DNA of 64,000 nt from an uncultured bacterium (GCA_963716985.1 OY970323.1:1088001-1152000), one strand, 5' to 3'; counted from the first letter of the stretch, positions 19,434 to 30,175 are shown. Notes: generated by a model not told the origin, from the letters alone. Numbers and translations: made by a program.

Positions 19434-21302
19434 ATGGGGACTCAAGTACTCGGTGATTATCATCTCCTCAAAAAATTGGGAGAGGGAAGTTTTGGCTCTG
19501 TATATTTGGCCGAGCATCGCTTCATCAAGAAGCGTCTTGCCGTCAAAGTGCTTCATGAAGATCTTTTAGCGATCCCGAATTTTATCGAACATTTTGAAGA
19601 AGATGTGGGGCTTCTCGCCACTTTGGACCATCCCTCGATCATCAAAATTCATAATATTTCCAAAGCCGACAATCGCTATTTTCTTGTGATGGACGTAGCG
19701 TGCGATGAGCTGGGCGAGGTGATGAATCTTGAGCATTTTTTGGCAGACAGGGCCAAGGTTCTTCCCGAAAGAGAGCTGGAAGCTATTTTACGCCAGCTAG
19801 CATCGGCTCTGGACTATGCGCATAGCATTCCCTTTCATAACGAATATCTAGTCCACCGCGGCATCAAACTATCCAATATCCTTGTGGATGCAAAGGGCCA
19901 GCTGAGAGTTTTTCTTTCTGACTTTGGACTTTCCCGCCTTCTTGGAGACGGCGTGATGCTCCAGAGGTTTTATGAAAAAATGCTCTCTTCCTCCTCCCCA
20001 TTCGATCCTGCTATGCACAATGTTTTTTTAAACCACTATTCCTTTTTATCACCCGAGCAAAAAGCCCTGCATCCACATGAAAAAATCTCTTCGAAAAGCG
20101 ATGTGTATGCGTTTGGCGTTTTGGCCTATTATCTCATCGCCCGTAAATTTCCCGAGGGCTACTTCGAAATGCCTTCAAAGATAGCCCCCGAATATAATCT
20201 CAATTGGGATCTTTTCATCTGCAAATGTTTGCAGCGCGATGCGAAAAAAAGGCCCGAGTTTCTTTTAGATGCTTTGAACTCCTCGCTTTCTACTTCCGCA
20301 AGCGACTCTACCTCCCTAACAGTGCTTTCTTGGGAAGAGGTGGAAAAGAAGGTGGAAAATGCCATGCAGATGTCCTTTGAATTTTCTTCCGACTGGGAGA
20401 CCCCTCAGCCCAAGCCCTCCATGGATGCGGAAATGGACCGGCCACATCAGCTAAAGCCCATCATTCGTCCGCAGGAGATCGAGCGGCCGCAATATGAAAT
20501 GGATCCCGGAGCGGTTTTTCACAAAGATTTGAACGTTTCTTTCTACAAACCAAAAAAAGTGGAAGTAAAGGAAATCGAACCTCTTTTGACCGAAATGGTG
20601 ATCATCCCCGGAGGAAGTTTTTTCCGCGGAAGCAACAATGGGGCGCGCGATGAGATGCCCCGGCATAAAGTGACGATTTCCAGCTGCGCGATGGACATTC
20701 ACCCTGTGACCAATGAACAGTTCGTCCGATTTTTGGATGCGATGGGAGGGGAAAAAGACAGCAACAACAATGATATCATCCGTTTGCGCGACTCGCGCAT
20801 CAAGAAAAGCGGAGGAAAGATCAGCATCGAATCGGGTTATAGCAAACATCCCGTTGTCGGCGTCACCTGGTATGGAGCGTCGGCCTATGCAAAATGGATC
20901 GGCAAACGCCTCCCTACAGAAGCCGAGTGGGAAATCGCAGCAGGAGGGGGGTTGGAAAACAATATTTATCCCAGCGGCGCAGACATCGACCACACCCAGG
21001 CGAATTTTTTCAGCTCCGACACCACATCCGTGATGAGCTATCCTGCCAATGGCTATGGCCTTTACGATCTTTCCGGCAACGTCTATGAGTGGTGCCAGGA
21101 TTGGTATGCTTATAATTATTATGAAACCTCGATCCAAGAGCCTGAAAATCCCAAAGGGCCCCATCAAGGGGTCTATCGCGTTCTTCGCGGAGGCTGTTGG
21201 AAAAGCTTGAAAGAAGACCTGCGCTGTTCCCATCGTCATCGCAATAATCCCGGAGCTGTCAACGGCACCTATGGATTTCGTTGCGCAGCTGACGTGTCTT
21301 AA
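19434..21302 (+). CDS. pkn1: Ser/Thr kinase-FGE/SUMF1 domain fusion (Pkn1 type)
   Basis: GEGSFGSVY, AVK, DFG; RLPTEAEWE, NGYGLYDLSGNVYEW, GFRC. Confidence 0.85.
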   Translation: MGTQVLGDYHLLKKLGEGSFGSVYLAEHRFIKKRLAVKVLHEDLLAIPNFIEHFEEDVGLLATLDHPSIIKIHNISKADNRYFLVMDVACDELGEVMNLEHFLADRAKVLPERELEAILRQLASALDYAHSIPFHNEYLVHRGIKLSNILVDAKGQLRVFLSDFGLSRLLGDGVMLQRFYEKMLSSSSPFDPAMHNVFLNHYSFLSPEQKALHPHEKISSKSDVYAFGVLAYYLIARKFPEGYFEMPSKIAPEYNLNWDLFICKCLQRDAKKRPEFLLDALNSSLSTSASDSTSLTVLSWEEVEKKVENAMQMSFEFSSDWETPQPKPSMDAEMDRPHQLKPIIRPQEIERPQYEMDPGAVFHKDLNVSFYKPKKVEVKEIEPLLTEMVIIPGGSFFRGSNNGARDEMPRHKVTISSCAMDIHPVTNEQFVRFLDAMGGEKDSNNNDIIRLRDSRIKKSGGKISIESGYSKHPVVGVTWYGASAYAKWIGKRLPTEAEWEIAAGGGLENNIYPSGADIDHTQANFFSSDTTSVMSYPANGYGLYDLSGNVYEWCQDWYAYNYYETSIQEPENPKGPHQGVYRVLRGGCWKSLKEDLRCSHRHRNNPGAVNGTYGFRCAADVS

Positions 21303-21585
21303 AGATCGGTTCCGATGAAGATCCTTTTGCTTTTAGCGAACTTGTAGGAGCGACTTGAATTGTTCCACTTCACTCGCCATTTCGATTGCATCTTCTAGCT
21401 GAAGGCAAGAAGAACCTTATCCGCAGCTATTTACGCAACAAATCTCCCAGGCAAAACCCCAATTTCTTCTTGGGCAATTAAATTCTTGTTGTTCAAAATT
21501 TTTTTTCTAATGTTTGTGGTTTTTTTAATTGTTTGTAATTATTGCAAATTATATGATAATTAAAAATTTCCAAAAAATGGTAGAT

Positions 21586-22596
21586 ATGTCCGGAAGTGTT
21601 TTAGGGCCGTGGGAATGGGCAGAAATTTGTCATCAGTCGACTATTCGATCGATCTTTAAATTAGGAGCGGTGAGTCATGAAATACGAGAGCGTATCACTC
21701 CTGCTCTGCCTCAAATAATTCAGAGAACCCGACAGGCGTTGAATGGAATCTGTCTTTTTTCTCCTTTGCGGAGAGAACAGCCGAACAATCATTTTTATTA
21801 TAGGGGATTTCTTGCTCAGATGATAAAAAGAATCCAATCCTCTCCAGCTCTCAAGAAAGTTCTAGATTCGCGGCTTGACGATTTGGACGCAATGGTTCAA
21901 ATAGTGAAGGATTGCGATCTTGTTAAAGTTTTTGAACCGAATCTTCCTCCGGAAATGAGTTGTTTAATGGAAGGAAAAAAGTGCATTTCTGAAAAAGCGC
22001 GAGTTGTTCGAGAATTTCTGCGACAGAATGTCGTTTATTTCTCTGAAGTTACCGAAATGCAGCTGAATAACCGAGGTCTTACTTCTATTCCTTTGGAATT
22101 GATTGAATATTGTCCCAACTTGCAAGAGCTGGGTCTTTCGTCCAATCAAATCCAAGTCGTTCCAGAAGCGATAGGAAAGTTGAAGCATTTGAAGGTGTTG
22201 CAACTTTCGCGCAATGCGATCCAAGAATTTCCTGATGTCGTAGGCAGTCTAGAAAATTTGGAATTATTAAATCTTGCACACAATAGAATTCCTGAAATAC
22301 CTGATGTCATTGGAAATCTCACCCATTTGAAACATCTGAATTTGTTTGACAACAAAATCCAAAAAATTCCCGATGTCGTTGGAACCCTTGGAGGCTTGGA
22401 ATGGCTTCTTCTTCACAAGAATCAAATTGAAATCATTCCGAAAATCATGAAAAATCTTGAGCATTTGGTTGCCTTAAATCTTTCGTTAAATCGAATCCAA
22501 GCTGTTCCTCCGGAGGTTGAGAGAACGCTGGACCATTTACGATGGGTGGCTCTTGTTGATGATCCCATCGCAACTTCTGTCGCAGCAGTCAGGTAG
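21586..22596 (+). CDS. Leucine-rich repeat protein (23-aa LxxLxLxxNxIxxIP repeats), putative effector
   Basis: About 7 repeats such as LKHLNLFDNKIQKIPDVVG. Confidence 0.85.
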   Translation: MSGSVLGPWEWAEICHQSTIRSIFKLGAVSHEIRERITPALPQIIQRTRQALNGICLFSPLRREQPNNHFYYRGFLAQMIKRIQSSPALKKVLDSRLDDLDAMVQIVKDCDLVKVFEPNLPPEMSCLMEGKKCISEKARVVREFLRQNVVYFSEVTEMQLNNRGLTSIPLELIEYCPNLQELGLSSNQIQVVPEAIGKLKHLKVLQLSRNAIQEFPDVVGSLENLELLNLAHNRIPEIPDVIGNLTHLKHLNLFDNKIQKIPDVVGTLGGLEWLLLHKNQIEIIPKIMKNLEHLVALNLSLNRIQAVPPEVERTLDHLRWVALVDDPIATSVAAVR

Positions 22597-22978
22597 TGCG
22601 CTCTCTTTTTCCCGGACATTTGGGAATTCTGAAAATTTCTGGAGATAGAAATTTTTTCTACGAAAAGATATCCTATTCTTATTAGCGTAATCAGTATGAC
22701 CAATATTGGTTTAGAGAATCGATTATATCGTTTATAATTTCATTCTAAAAGATTTCCCTGTTTTTCTCGCCATTTTTTAAAGCCATGTAAAGTGGAGACT
22801 AATTGAAGGGTTTTTTCACGTTTGCAATCATCGCATGTTGGATGGGACGATTATTGGGATAGGTTCTTTTGGAATGTACAATTCTGTTTTCTGGAAAAAG
22901 AAATTTTTTACTGGTTTTTTGGAAAATGGCAAATATCCTTTTTTTTGGTATCCTCTTGGGAAAAAGAGAGTTTTGGAC

Positions 22979-23902
22979 ATGAAATTGATCCTTGCAAAGC
23001 CTAGGGGCTTTTGCGCCGGAGTGGTGCGCGCGATTGAAATTGTCGAAAGATCGCTTGATCGATTCGGCGCGCCCGTTTACGTTTTTCATGAGATCGTCCA
23101 TAACCGCCACGTGATCGAGAAGTTGAGGAAGAGGGGCGCTGTTTTTGTGGAGCATCTGGATCTGGTTCCTGAGGGCTCTTATCTTATCTATTCAGCGCAT
23201 GGAATTTCTCCCGATGTGCGTTTGATTGCAAAAAAAAAGAAGCTGATCGAGATCGACGCTACCTGTCCGCTTGTGACGCGCAACCACTCGGCCGTCAAAC
23301 GGTTTGCCAAGAGGGGATTCTCTATTCTCTTGATTGGACACAAAAAACATATTGAAGTGGTGGCAACCGCTGCCGAATGTCCGCATTCCGTGTCCATCAT
23401 TGAATCTTTAGACGATGTGGAGAGGCTCTCTTTTTCGCCAAGCGAGAAGCTCTTTTATTTAACCCAAACGACACTGAGCATTGATGAGGCAAAAGAGATC
23501 GCGTTTGCTCTAAAAAAGAGATTTCCACAGGTTCAGACCCACCCGGAGACGTCGATTTGCTATGCCACCGCCAATCGCCAAATGGCCTTCAAAAACATTT
23601 TGAAGCAAGCAGACCTTGCCCTGGTTGTCGGAGATCCCAAAAGCTCTAATTCCAACCGCCTGAGCGAAATTGCCTCGAAAGCAGGAAAGCCAAGCTATCT
23701 GATCAATGATCCGAATGATCTTCAAAAAGAGTGGCTGCATGGCGTTTCTTGCATCGCTATGACTGCCGGGGCATCGACTCCGGAAGAGATTGTGCAAAAA
23801 TCCATTGAGCGTCTCTCTTTCATGGGACTGCGTTCGGTCGAAGAGGTCTGCTTTCAAGAAGAAGCCGTCTTTTTTTCCATTCCTTCGATTCTCTTTGAGT
23901 GA
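22979..23902 (+). CDS. ispH: HMBPP reductase
   Basis: PRGFCAGV, DATCPLV, QTTLS, ICYAT, SSNS, AGASTP. Confidence 0.97.
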   Translation: MKLILAKPRGFCAGVVRAIEIVERSLDRFGAPVYVFHEIVHNRHVIEKLRKRGAVFVEHLDLVPEGSYLIYSAHGISPDVRLIAKKKKLIEIDATCPLVTRNHSAVKRFAKRGFSILLIGHKKHIEVVATAAECPHSVSIIESLDDVERLSFSPSEKLFYLTQTTLSIDEAKEIAFALKKRFPQVQTHPETSICYATANRQMAFKNILKQADLALVVGDPKSSNSNRLSEIASKAGKPSYLINDPNDLQKEWLHGVSCIAMTAGASTPEEIVQKSIERLSFMGLRSVEEVCFQEEAVFFSIPSILFE

Positions 23903-25602
23903 CACAAAACAAAATGGGACGGCTGAACTTCTTGAAAGGAGAGTGGTTGTTCCTTGCAGAGAGCATCGCCGAGAGAACAGCGAGGGAAAAAGGGACAGCT
24001 ATGGGGCGCGTTTTTTTCTACAATCGTTTCTTTTTTTTCTTTGCCTCCCGTCATGGTTTTAAACGAGGAAAGCAGAAGCTTGGTATAGGGGTGGCGTGGG
24101 TAGGCAAAAAGCTGATGGGCCGGCGCTACTTCTACAAGGCGTCCTCGATAAAGAACTCCCATTTTCGTCGCGATTTTTTTTGCCAAAAAAAGATCGTGGG
24201 TGATCAAAAGGGAGGTGAGATGCTTCTTTTGATGAAGGGAGAGAAGCAGAGAGAGGAGCTGCTCTGCGGTTGGTAGATCGAGCGAGGATGTGGGCTCGTC
24301 TAAAATCAAAAAGGTAGGCTCTAAAATCAAAGCTCGGGCAATGCCCACTCTTTGGCTCTGTCCGCCGCTGAGTTCATGGGGATATTTTTTCAAAAGAGAG
24401 GGGCAAAGAGAGATCTCTTCGAAAAGGCGCAAGATTTTCTCTTCTCTTTCATTTTTGCTAAGAGATGTGTGGATGATGAGCGGCTCTTCTAGAATTTTGC
24501 AAATAGACATCTGCGGATCTTGGCAAAATTGGGGGTCTTGAAAGATCATTTGCACTTTTTGTCTATAGGACAGGAGCGGCTTTTGCTGCAGCTGGAGGAT
24601 CGATTTTCCTTCAAAAAAAATGTCTCCCGATGTCGGAGAAAAGAGTTTGGCGATGAGTTTGGCAAGCGTGGATTTTCCCGACCCGCTTTCGCCGACAAGG
24701 CCAAAAATTTCTCCCGTGCGAATCTCAAGCGAGACGTTGTTGAGAGCGAGCGTTTGAAAACTGCTCGAAGAAAAATTTTTACTGATGTTGCGAATAGAAA
24801 AAAGAGACTCTGTCAGATCACCCCGAGGAGGAGTTTCCGGATGAGAAAAAAAATGAGCCGATGCAACGAGCCTTTTCGTGGCTGGGTGCCGGGGGGAAGA
24901 GAAGATCTTTTGGGTTGGCCCCTCTTCAACGATTTTTCCCTGATGCATGACGATTGTTCTTTGGCACATTTCGCGCACTAAGGCCAAGTGGTGGGAAATC
25001 AGGAGGAGGGAGAATCCCCGTTTTTTTTGCAGCATTTGAAGAAGGGAGAGAATCTGATTGCTCGTTGTGATATCAAGCGCCGTTGTGGGCTCATCGGCAA
25101 CGATGAGATCGGCTTTTTGCGCGAGAGCCATTGCAATGGTGATTCGTTGCAGCATGCCGCGGCTGAGTTCATGGGGATATCTATGAAAAATCTTTTCAGC
25201 GTTTAATAGATAGACCTCTTCCAAGAGAGAAAGGGCCTCTTTTTGGGCAGCTTTCGAGGAAATGTCTTGTTGTAAAAGGAGAGATTCTCTGAGTTGATAG
25301 CCCACTTTTATCGTGGGATTGAGCGCAAGAAGCGGGTCTTGAAAGATAAAGGCGATCGAGGAGCTTCCCTCCTCCCGGAGGGGCTTTCCTTTGTAGAAAA
25401 TTTGCCCGGAAATTTCCTTCTCCCTACGCGCTTGGCGAGGAAGAAGCGCTTCAATCAAGCTGGTTTTTCCGCATCCCGATTCTCCAATGAGGGCAAGGCT
25501 CTCTTGAGCGTATAGAGAAAAAGAGGCCTCTTCGACGGCTCTGCGGGAGAGGGGATCGTTTGGATAGAAAACGGAGAGATTCTCGACCTGTAAAAGCGTC
25601 AT
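23854..25602 (-). CDS. Oligopeptide ABC transporter, fused double ATPase (OppD/OppF type)
   Basis: Two Walker A motifs (GESGCGKT, GESGSGKS), YPHELS twice, HPYT. Confidence 0.9.
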   Translation of the reverse strand: MTLLQVENLSVFYPNDPLSRRAVEEASFSLYAQESLALIGESGCGKTSLIEALLPRQARREKEISGQIFYKGKPLREEGSSSIAFIFQDPLLALNPTIKVGYQLRESLLLQQDISSKAAQKEALSLLEEVYLLNAEKIFHRYPHELSRGMLQRITIAMALAQKADLIVADEPTTALDITTSNQILSLLQMLQKKRGFSLLLISHHLALVREMCQRTIVMHQGKIVEEGPTQKIFSSPRHPATKRLVASAHFFSHPETPPRGDLTESLFSIRNISKNFSSSSFQTLALNNVSLEIRTGEIFGLVGESGSGKSTLAKLIAKLFSPTSGDIFFEGKSILQLQQKPLLSYRQKVQMIFQDPQFCQDPQMSICKILEEPLIIHTSLSKNEREEKILRLFEEISLCPSLLKKYPHELSGGQSQRVGIARALILEPTFLILDEPTSSLDLPTAEQLLSLLLSLHQKKHLTSLLITHDLFLAKKIATKMGVLYRGRLVEVAPAHQLFAYPRHPYTKLLLSSFKTMTGGKEKKETIVEKNAPHSCPFFPRCSLGDALCKEQPLSFQEVQPSHFVLCHSKRIEGMEKKTASS

Positions 25603-26432
25603 ATCGGCTCGAGTGTTGAGGGATCATAATATTTTCTGAGCGATTCGCCTAAGAGATTGAATCCAAAAATTGTGATGGTCAGAAGAATGGCCGGGAAGAA
25701 AATTCTCCAGGGAAAATAGCGAAGGCTTCCAAGACCGTCATTGAGCATCACTCCCCAGCTGGAGAAGGGCGCTTGAATCCCTACCCCTAAAAAGCTCAAA
25801 AAAGCCTCGGCAATGATCGCCGATGGGATGTTGAGCGTTAGCGTGACAAAGATCGGTCCTGCCGCGTTGGGAATCAGGTGGGTGAAAAGTATGCGGCTTT
25901 TCGATGCGCCCAGAGATTCTGCTGCCAAAATAAAGGGCAGTTCTTTGACTTGCAATAGATGCCCCCGAATGATCCGTGCCATGGTGATCCAGCCGGTCAG
26001 AGCAATCGCGCTCAATATGGTGAAAAATCCCGGACCTAAAAAAAGCGTCAATAAGAGAACCATGAGAAGGGAGGGCAGTGATTGCAAAATATCGCAGCTT
26101 CTCATCAAAAACTCATCCAGTTTCCTTCCGTTTAGGGCGGCAATGCTGCCCCAGAGAACGCCGATGAAAAGATCGATCAAAACGGCGGAAAGGGCAACGC
26201 TAAGGGAGATCCTAGCTCCGATGGCGCTTCTGATAAAAAGGTCTCTTCCTAATTCATCCGTTCCAAACCAAAAGGAGGAAGAGGGAGGCTCATTGGCTTT
26301 GTCGAGATGGATTTGATCATATGAATAATTGCTACAGAAGGGGACAAAAAGGGCGAAAGCCAGTATGGCGCAAAGGAAGAAAAAAGCAATTTTTACCTGC
26401 CAAGAGCCGATGAGCGAATGTTTTTTATTCAT
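25599..26432 (-). CDS. oppC: Oligopeptide ABC permease
   Basis: FGTDELGRD, AAESLGAS, EAFLSFLG. Confidence 0.88.
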   Translation of the reverse strand: MNKKHSLIGSWQVKIAFFFLCAILAFALFVPFCSNYSYDQIHLDKANEPPSSSFWFGTDELGRDLFIRSAIGARISLSVALSAVLIDLFIGVLWGSIAALNGRKLDEFLMRSCDILQSLPSLLMVLLLTLFLGPGFFTILSAIALTGWITMARIIRGHLLQVKELPFILAAESLGASKSRILFTHLIPNAAGPIFVTLTLNIPSAIIAEAFLSFLGVGIQAPFSSWGVMLNDGLGSLRYFPWRIFFPAILLTITIFGFNLLGESLRKYYDPSTLEPI

Positions 26433-27394
26433 GACCCATCCTTTGTCTTGAGGCGCGGATCGAGGAAAAGGCTCAAAAGGTCAAAGAGGAAAACACAGAG
26501 GAGCAAAAGGGAAGAGTAGAAAACGGTCAGGCCTAAAATCGTAGTGTAGTCGCGGCTGGCGATGCTTTTGACCATCCACTGGCCGAGGCCGGGGAGTGCA
26601 AAGATCTTTTCAATGACAAAACTTCCCGTCAGAATATGGGCTAAAAGCGGCCCTAAATAGCCAAAGAGGGGAAGCAGGGCATTGCGCAGGGCATGACGAA
26701 AAAAAACTGCAAATGGAGACAGGCCCTTGGCATAGGCAAGTTTGATATAGTCTTGCTGAAAAATGCCGATCAGCCGGTCGCGGATCAGTCGTGTGATATA
26801 GGCAGTGGGGAGAAAAGAGAGGGAAAGAGAGGGGAGAAAGGAGGAGAGATAGCCGTCGAACCGTGCGAGGGGAAAAATGTGCCAGTGAATGGCAAAGATG
26901 TGCTGTAAAAGCGTGGCTAAAAGAAATCCCGGCAGAGAAATTCCCGCAAAAGAGAAAAGGAGGATGGCCAGATCGATTTTTTTTTGATGAAAATAGGCGG
27001 CAAGACTTCCTAGAGCAACTCCTAAAAAAAGGGAAAGGACAAAGGCTTGCAAGCCAATGAGGGCAGAGATAGGAAAACCTGTTCGGATAATGTCTGTTAC
27101 ATGCTTATTTTCATAGACGAAGGAGGGGCCGAAATCCAATGTAAGGCATCCCAAGAGGTAGCTGCCATATTGAAAAAAAATATTTTTATCTAGGCCATAA
27201 TAGGCGTAAAGCGCTTGTTTGATCTCTTTTCGCACCCCTTGCTCTTCGTCAAACGGATCCCCGGGCAGACTTTTCATCAAAAAAAAAGTGAGCGTCATGA
27301 CGAAAAATAGAGAAAAGGAAAGGGAAAGAAATTTTTTTGCGATAAAAAAAATTTTAATTTTGACAGACTCTTTCAAAAAAAAACCATCATGCAT
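26429..27394 (-). CDS. oppB: Oligopeptide ABC permease
   Basis: LPGDP, AKGL, HALRNAL, EKIFALPGLG, LDPR. Confidence 0.88.
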   Translation of the reverse strand: MHDGFFLKESVKIKIFFIAKKFLSLSFSLFFVMTLTFFLMKSLPGDPFDEEQGVRKEIKQALYAYYGLDKNIFFQYGSYLLGCLTLDFGPSFVYENKHVTDIIRTGFPISALIGLQAFVLSLFLGVALGSLAAYFHQKKIDLAILLFSFAGISLPGFLLATLLQHIFAIHWHIFPLARFDGYLSSFLPSLSLSFLPTAYITRLIRDRLIGIFQQDYIKLAYAKGLSPFAVFFRHALRNALLPLFGYLGPLLAHILTGSFVIEKIFALPGLGQWMVKSIASRDYTTILGLTVFYSSLLLLCVFLFDLLSLFLDPRLKTKDGS

Positions 27395-27463
27395 GTTTGA
27401 TTTTACCCTTCATTTTTGAGGTAAAAAGTAGTATAATAGATCGAACGAATTTTTAGGAGATTG

Positions 27464-28795
27464 ATGAAGATTCATTTCACCAGTTTGGGCTGCTCCCGCA
27501 ATCTTGCCGACACCGAAAAAATGATGCAACTTCTTTGCTGTGATGGGCATGAGATGGTCTCCGCGATCGCAAACGCCGACCTCGTCCTCCTGAATACTTG
27601 CGGATTTTTAAAGAGCGCAAGGAAAGAGGGAAGAGAAGTTTTAGAACGGATTCTGGCAGAGAAAGCGCCGTCTGCTTTTCTCATCGTTGCCGGCTGCATG
27701 ATTCCCTTGCACCAAAAAGAATTGGAAGAGGCCTTTGGACAGAAGATCGACCAATTTCTCTCTCCAAAAGAGGAGGAAAATATTGTCGATGCAGTGCGCA
27801 GATTGGAAACGAAAAGAGAGAAGAGATGCTTTCTTGCCAAAAGTGAAAAAAGGCTTTTTACGACGAACCATTTTGCCTACTTAAAGATTGCGGACGGCTG
27901 TCAAAAACAGTGCTCTTATTGCATCATTCCAAAGATTCGCGGCCGTTTGAAAAGCCGAGGCGAAGAAGAGATTTTAGAAGAATTTAACCGGATCCTTTCC
28001 CTTGGCGTTTTTGAAATTATCTTAGTGGCCCAAGACCTTGGCGATTTCGGGAAGGACCGCGGAGAAAAAAGGGCGCTCGTTTCTTTGCTGCAAAAAATGC
28101 TCCAATCGAAAAAAGATTTTTGGATTCGCCTTTTATACCTCTATCCGGATGAAATAGATGAGGATCTTTTATCTCTGATGCAATCAGATACGCGCATCTG
28201 CCCCTATTTTGACCTGCCCATCCAGCATATCAATACCCGCATTCTTTCCCTTATGAAACGCTCTTCTTCCAAACAAAAGATCATCGAGTCGATCGAGAAG
28301 CTACGCCACTCTTTTCCCGACGTTTCCCTTCGAACGAGCCTTATGGTGGGCTTTCCCTCGGAAACGGAAGAGGAGTTTCAAGAACTTTGCCATTTCATCC
28401 AAACGGCTCAATTGGATCAGGTCGGGATTTTTCGCTATTCGAATGAAAAAGAGGCGCTCGCGTCTTCTTTGCCGGGCCAGATTCCTGAATTGATCAAGAA
28501 GAAAAGAGAGCGGGTTTTGTCGTCTATTCAATGGGAAATCGTAGAGAGGAAAAATCATCAAAAGATCGGAAAAAAGACGATGGCTCTTGTAGAAAAATTG
28601 CACCCGGAATCGCCCTATTTAGCAATGGCCCGCTCGCAGATGCAAGCACCTGAGGTGGACGGAGTTATTCTGATCAACGATATTGGTCCGATCGAGTCGT
28701 TTGGAAAAATCTACCCGGTTGAGATTACGGGATGTGCGGGATACGATCTGATAGGGCAGGTCATAGTAGATAAAAAACACGGGAAGAAACGATGA
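27464..28795 (+). CDS. rimO: Ribosomal protein S12 methylthiotransferase
   Basis: SLGCSRN, NTCGF, GCQKQCSYCIIP radical-SAM motif, APEVDG TRAM region. Confidence 0.9.
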   Translation: MKIHFTSLGCSRNLADTEKMMQLLCCDGHEMVSAIANADLVLLNTCGFLKSARKEGREVLERILAEKAPSAFLIVAGCMIPLHQKELEEAFGQKIDQFLSPKEEENIVDAVRRLETKREKRCFLAKSEKRLFTTNHFAYLKIADGCQKQCSYCIIPKIRGRLKSRGEEEILEEFNRILSLGVFEIILVAQDLGDFGKDRGEKRALVSLLQKMLQSKKDFWIRLLYLYPDEIDEDLLSLMQSDTRICPYFDLPIQHINTRILSLMKRSSSKQKIIESIEKLRHSFPDVSLRTSLMVGFPSETEEEFQELCHFIQTAQLDQVGIFRYSNEKEALASSLPGQIPELIKKKRERVLSSIQWEIVERKNHQKIGKKTMALVEKLHPESPYLAMARSQMQAPEVDGVILINDIGPIESFGKIYPVEITGCAGYDLIGQVIVDKKHGKKR

Positions 28796-30006
28796 TCTCA
28801 AAAGACAATAGCTCCAATGATTGCAATACATCAAAAGAGCATTCTTTAAGAGAACACGTTGCCTCTTTTTTTCACCGATCGGCACGACTCCAGGCCCATC
28901 TTTTCTGGTGGTATACGGAAAAGTTTTTTTCTCATTTCTTTTTTGCCAAAAAAGAGAGGCGCTCTCTCATTGAAAAAATCAAGCGGTGGACCAAGCGATG
29001 TTTTTTGATTGCCTTGGCCTTGCCCCTTCTTTCTTGGACCCTTCTGCTTGCAGAGACCGAGCTTTTGACCCGCATTTCCGCCCACATGGTCGCCCAAAAA
29101 TCCTTTCACTATCTTCGAGGGAGCCATCCGGAAAAAATCTTGAAGAGAGGCGGCCCCATCACTCTTTTTAGCTTGAATACCTGTTTTGTGCATGGCGGCT
29201 TTTCCTACTTGTATGGGGGAGTGGCCCCTTGGCCTCAGCGCGTAGAGGGGATCATTGAGAATATCCAAGAAAAGAATCCCGATGTTCTTTGTCTTCAAGA
29301 GGTCAACGACCTCGAAGCTTGCTATCGTTTATACCAGGCGCTGAAAGATCAATATGCTCACTTTTATTTCCATATGGGTTCTAAAATTTTGTCTCAAAGT
29401 AGCGGACTTTTTGTTGCGAGTAAGTTTGCCATCGAAGAGCCCTCTTTTAAGGCCTTCGACGAGATTCCCGGAGTACAAAAAATGGTGAACAAAGGATTTT
29501 TCGATTGCAAAATCCTTTCGGAGGGCAAGGTGGTTGCGCATCTTTTTACGACGCACCTCAGCCCATCCAACGATGACCGTCTGCCCACTTTGGAAGAGAA
29601 GGAAATAAGGCAGAAAGAGATCGCCATGATCTTTGCAAAGATGCACGCTTGTTCCAAAGAGACTCCTCTGATTTTTGCCGGAGATTTCAATATGGCAAGA
29701 GAAAATGAAGAATCTTTGGCCTTCAAAGGGTTTTACGATCTTTTCCCAAAAGGAGAAAAGAGCAGTGCAACGGCTTTATTGAAGCAAGCTTTGCGGGCGC
29801 ACTCCGAGCGAGAAGTTCTGGAAGCGAAGCGTGCCCATTCCGAATTTGCCATTGATTACATCTTATTTAAGTCTGAAAAATCACATTGCAAGGGGAAAAT
29901 CTCTCTTGTCAAGTCTTATGATCTTAAGGATCCAAATCCAACAATTGGAGCTCTTTCCGATCACCATGCACTTTTTGCTACCCTCTATCTATCTCTAAAG
30001 TCATAG
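28792..30006 (+). CDS. EEP-family phosphodiesterase, sphingomyelinase C-like
   Basis: DVLCLQEV, SSGL..SKF, KG, THL, GDFN, IDY, LSDH; N-terminal hydrophobic anchor. Confidence 0.75.
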   Translation: MISKDNSSNDCNTSKEHSLREHVASFFHRSARLQAHLFWWYTEKFFSHFFFAKKERRSLIEKIKRWTKRCFLIALALPLLSWTLLLAETELLTRISAHMVAQKSFHYLRGSHPEKILKRGGPITLFSLNTCFVHGGFSYLYGGVAPWPQRVEGIIENIQEKNPDVLCLQEVNDLEACYRLYQALKDQYAHFYFHMGSKILSQSSGLFVASKFAIEEPSFKAFDEIPGVQKMVNKGFFDCKILSEGKVVAHLFTTHLSPSNDDRLPTLEEKEIRQKEIAMIFAKMHACSKETPLIFAGDFNMARENEESLAFKGFYDLFPKGEKSSATALLKQALRAHSEREVLEAKRAHSEFAIDYILFKSEKSHCKGKISLVKSYDLKDPNPTIGALSDHHALFATLYLSLKS

Positions 30007-30149
30007 GATGATCCGTCCCGTTTTTTTCTCTTTTTGAAGGGCCTCGCTCGCCCAAAGGCGAAAGAGAGATCCCGCTACAAAGACACTGATGTAGCATGCT
30101 GTTTTGAGTCTCTTGGCTGTTTGTCAGAGGAATAATTTGTGATGGGAAG

Positions 30150-30175
30150 AAAAAAGGGAGCCTTGCGGCTCCCTT
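30150..30175 (-). terminator. Intrinsic terminator of hppA
   Basis: AAGGGAGCC-GCAA-GGCTCCCTTTTTT on minus strand. Confidence 0.8.

Noticed and set aside
20451..21239. Long antisense ORFs (262 aa here, 253 aa at 61006..61767, and others)
   Set aside because: Shadows of well-supported genes on the opposite strand.
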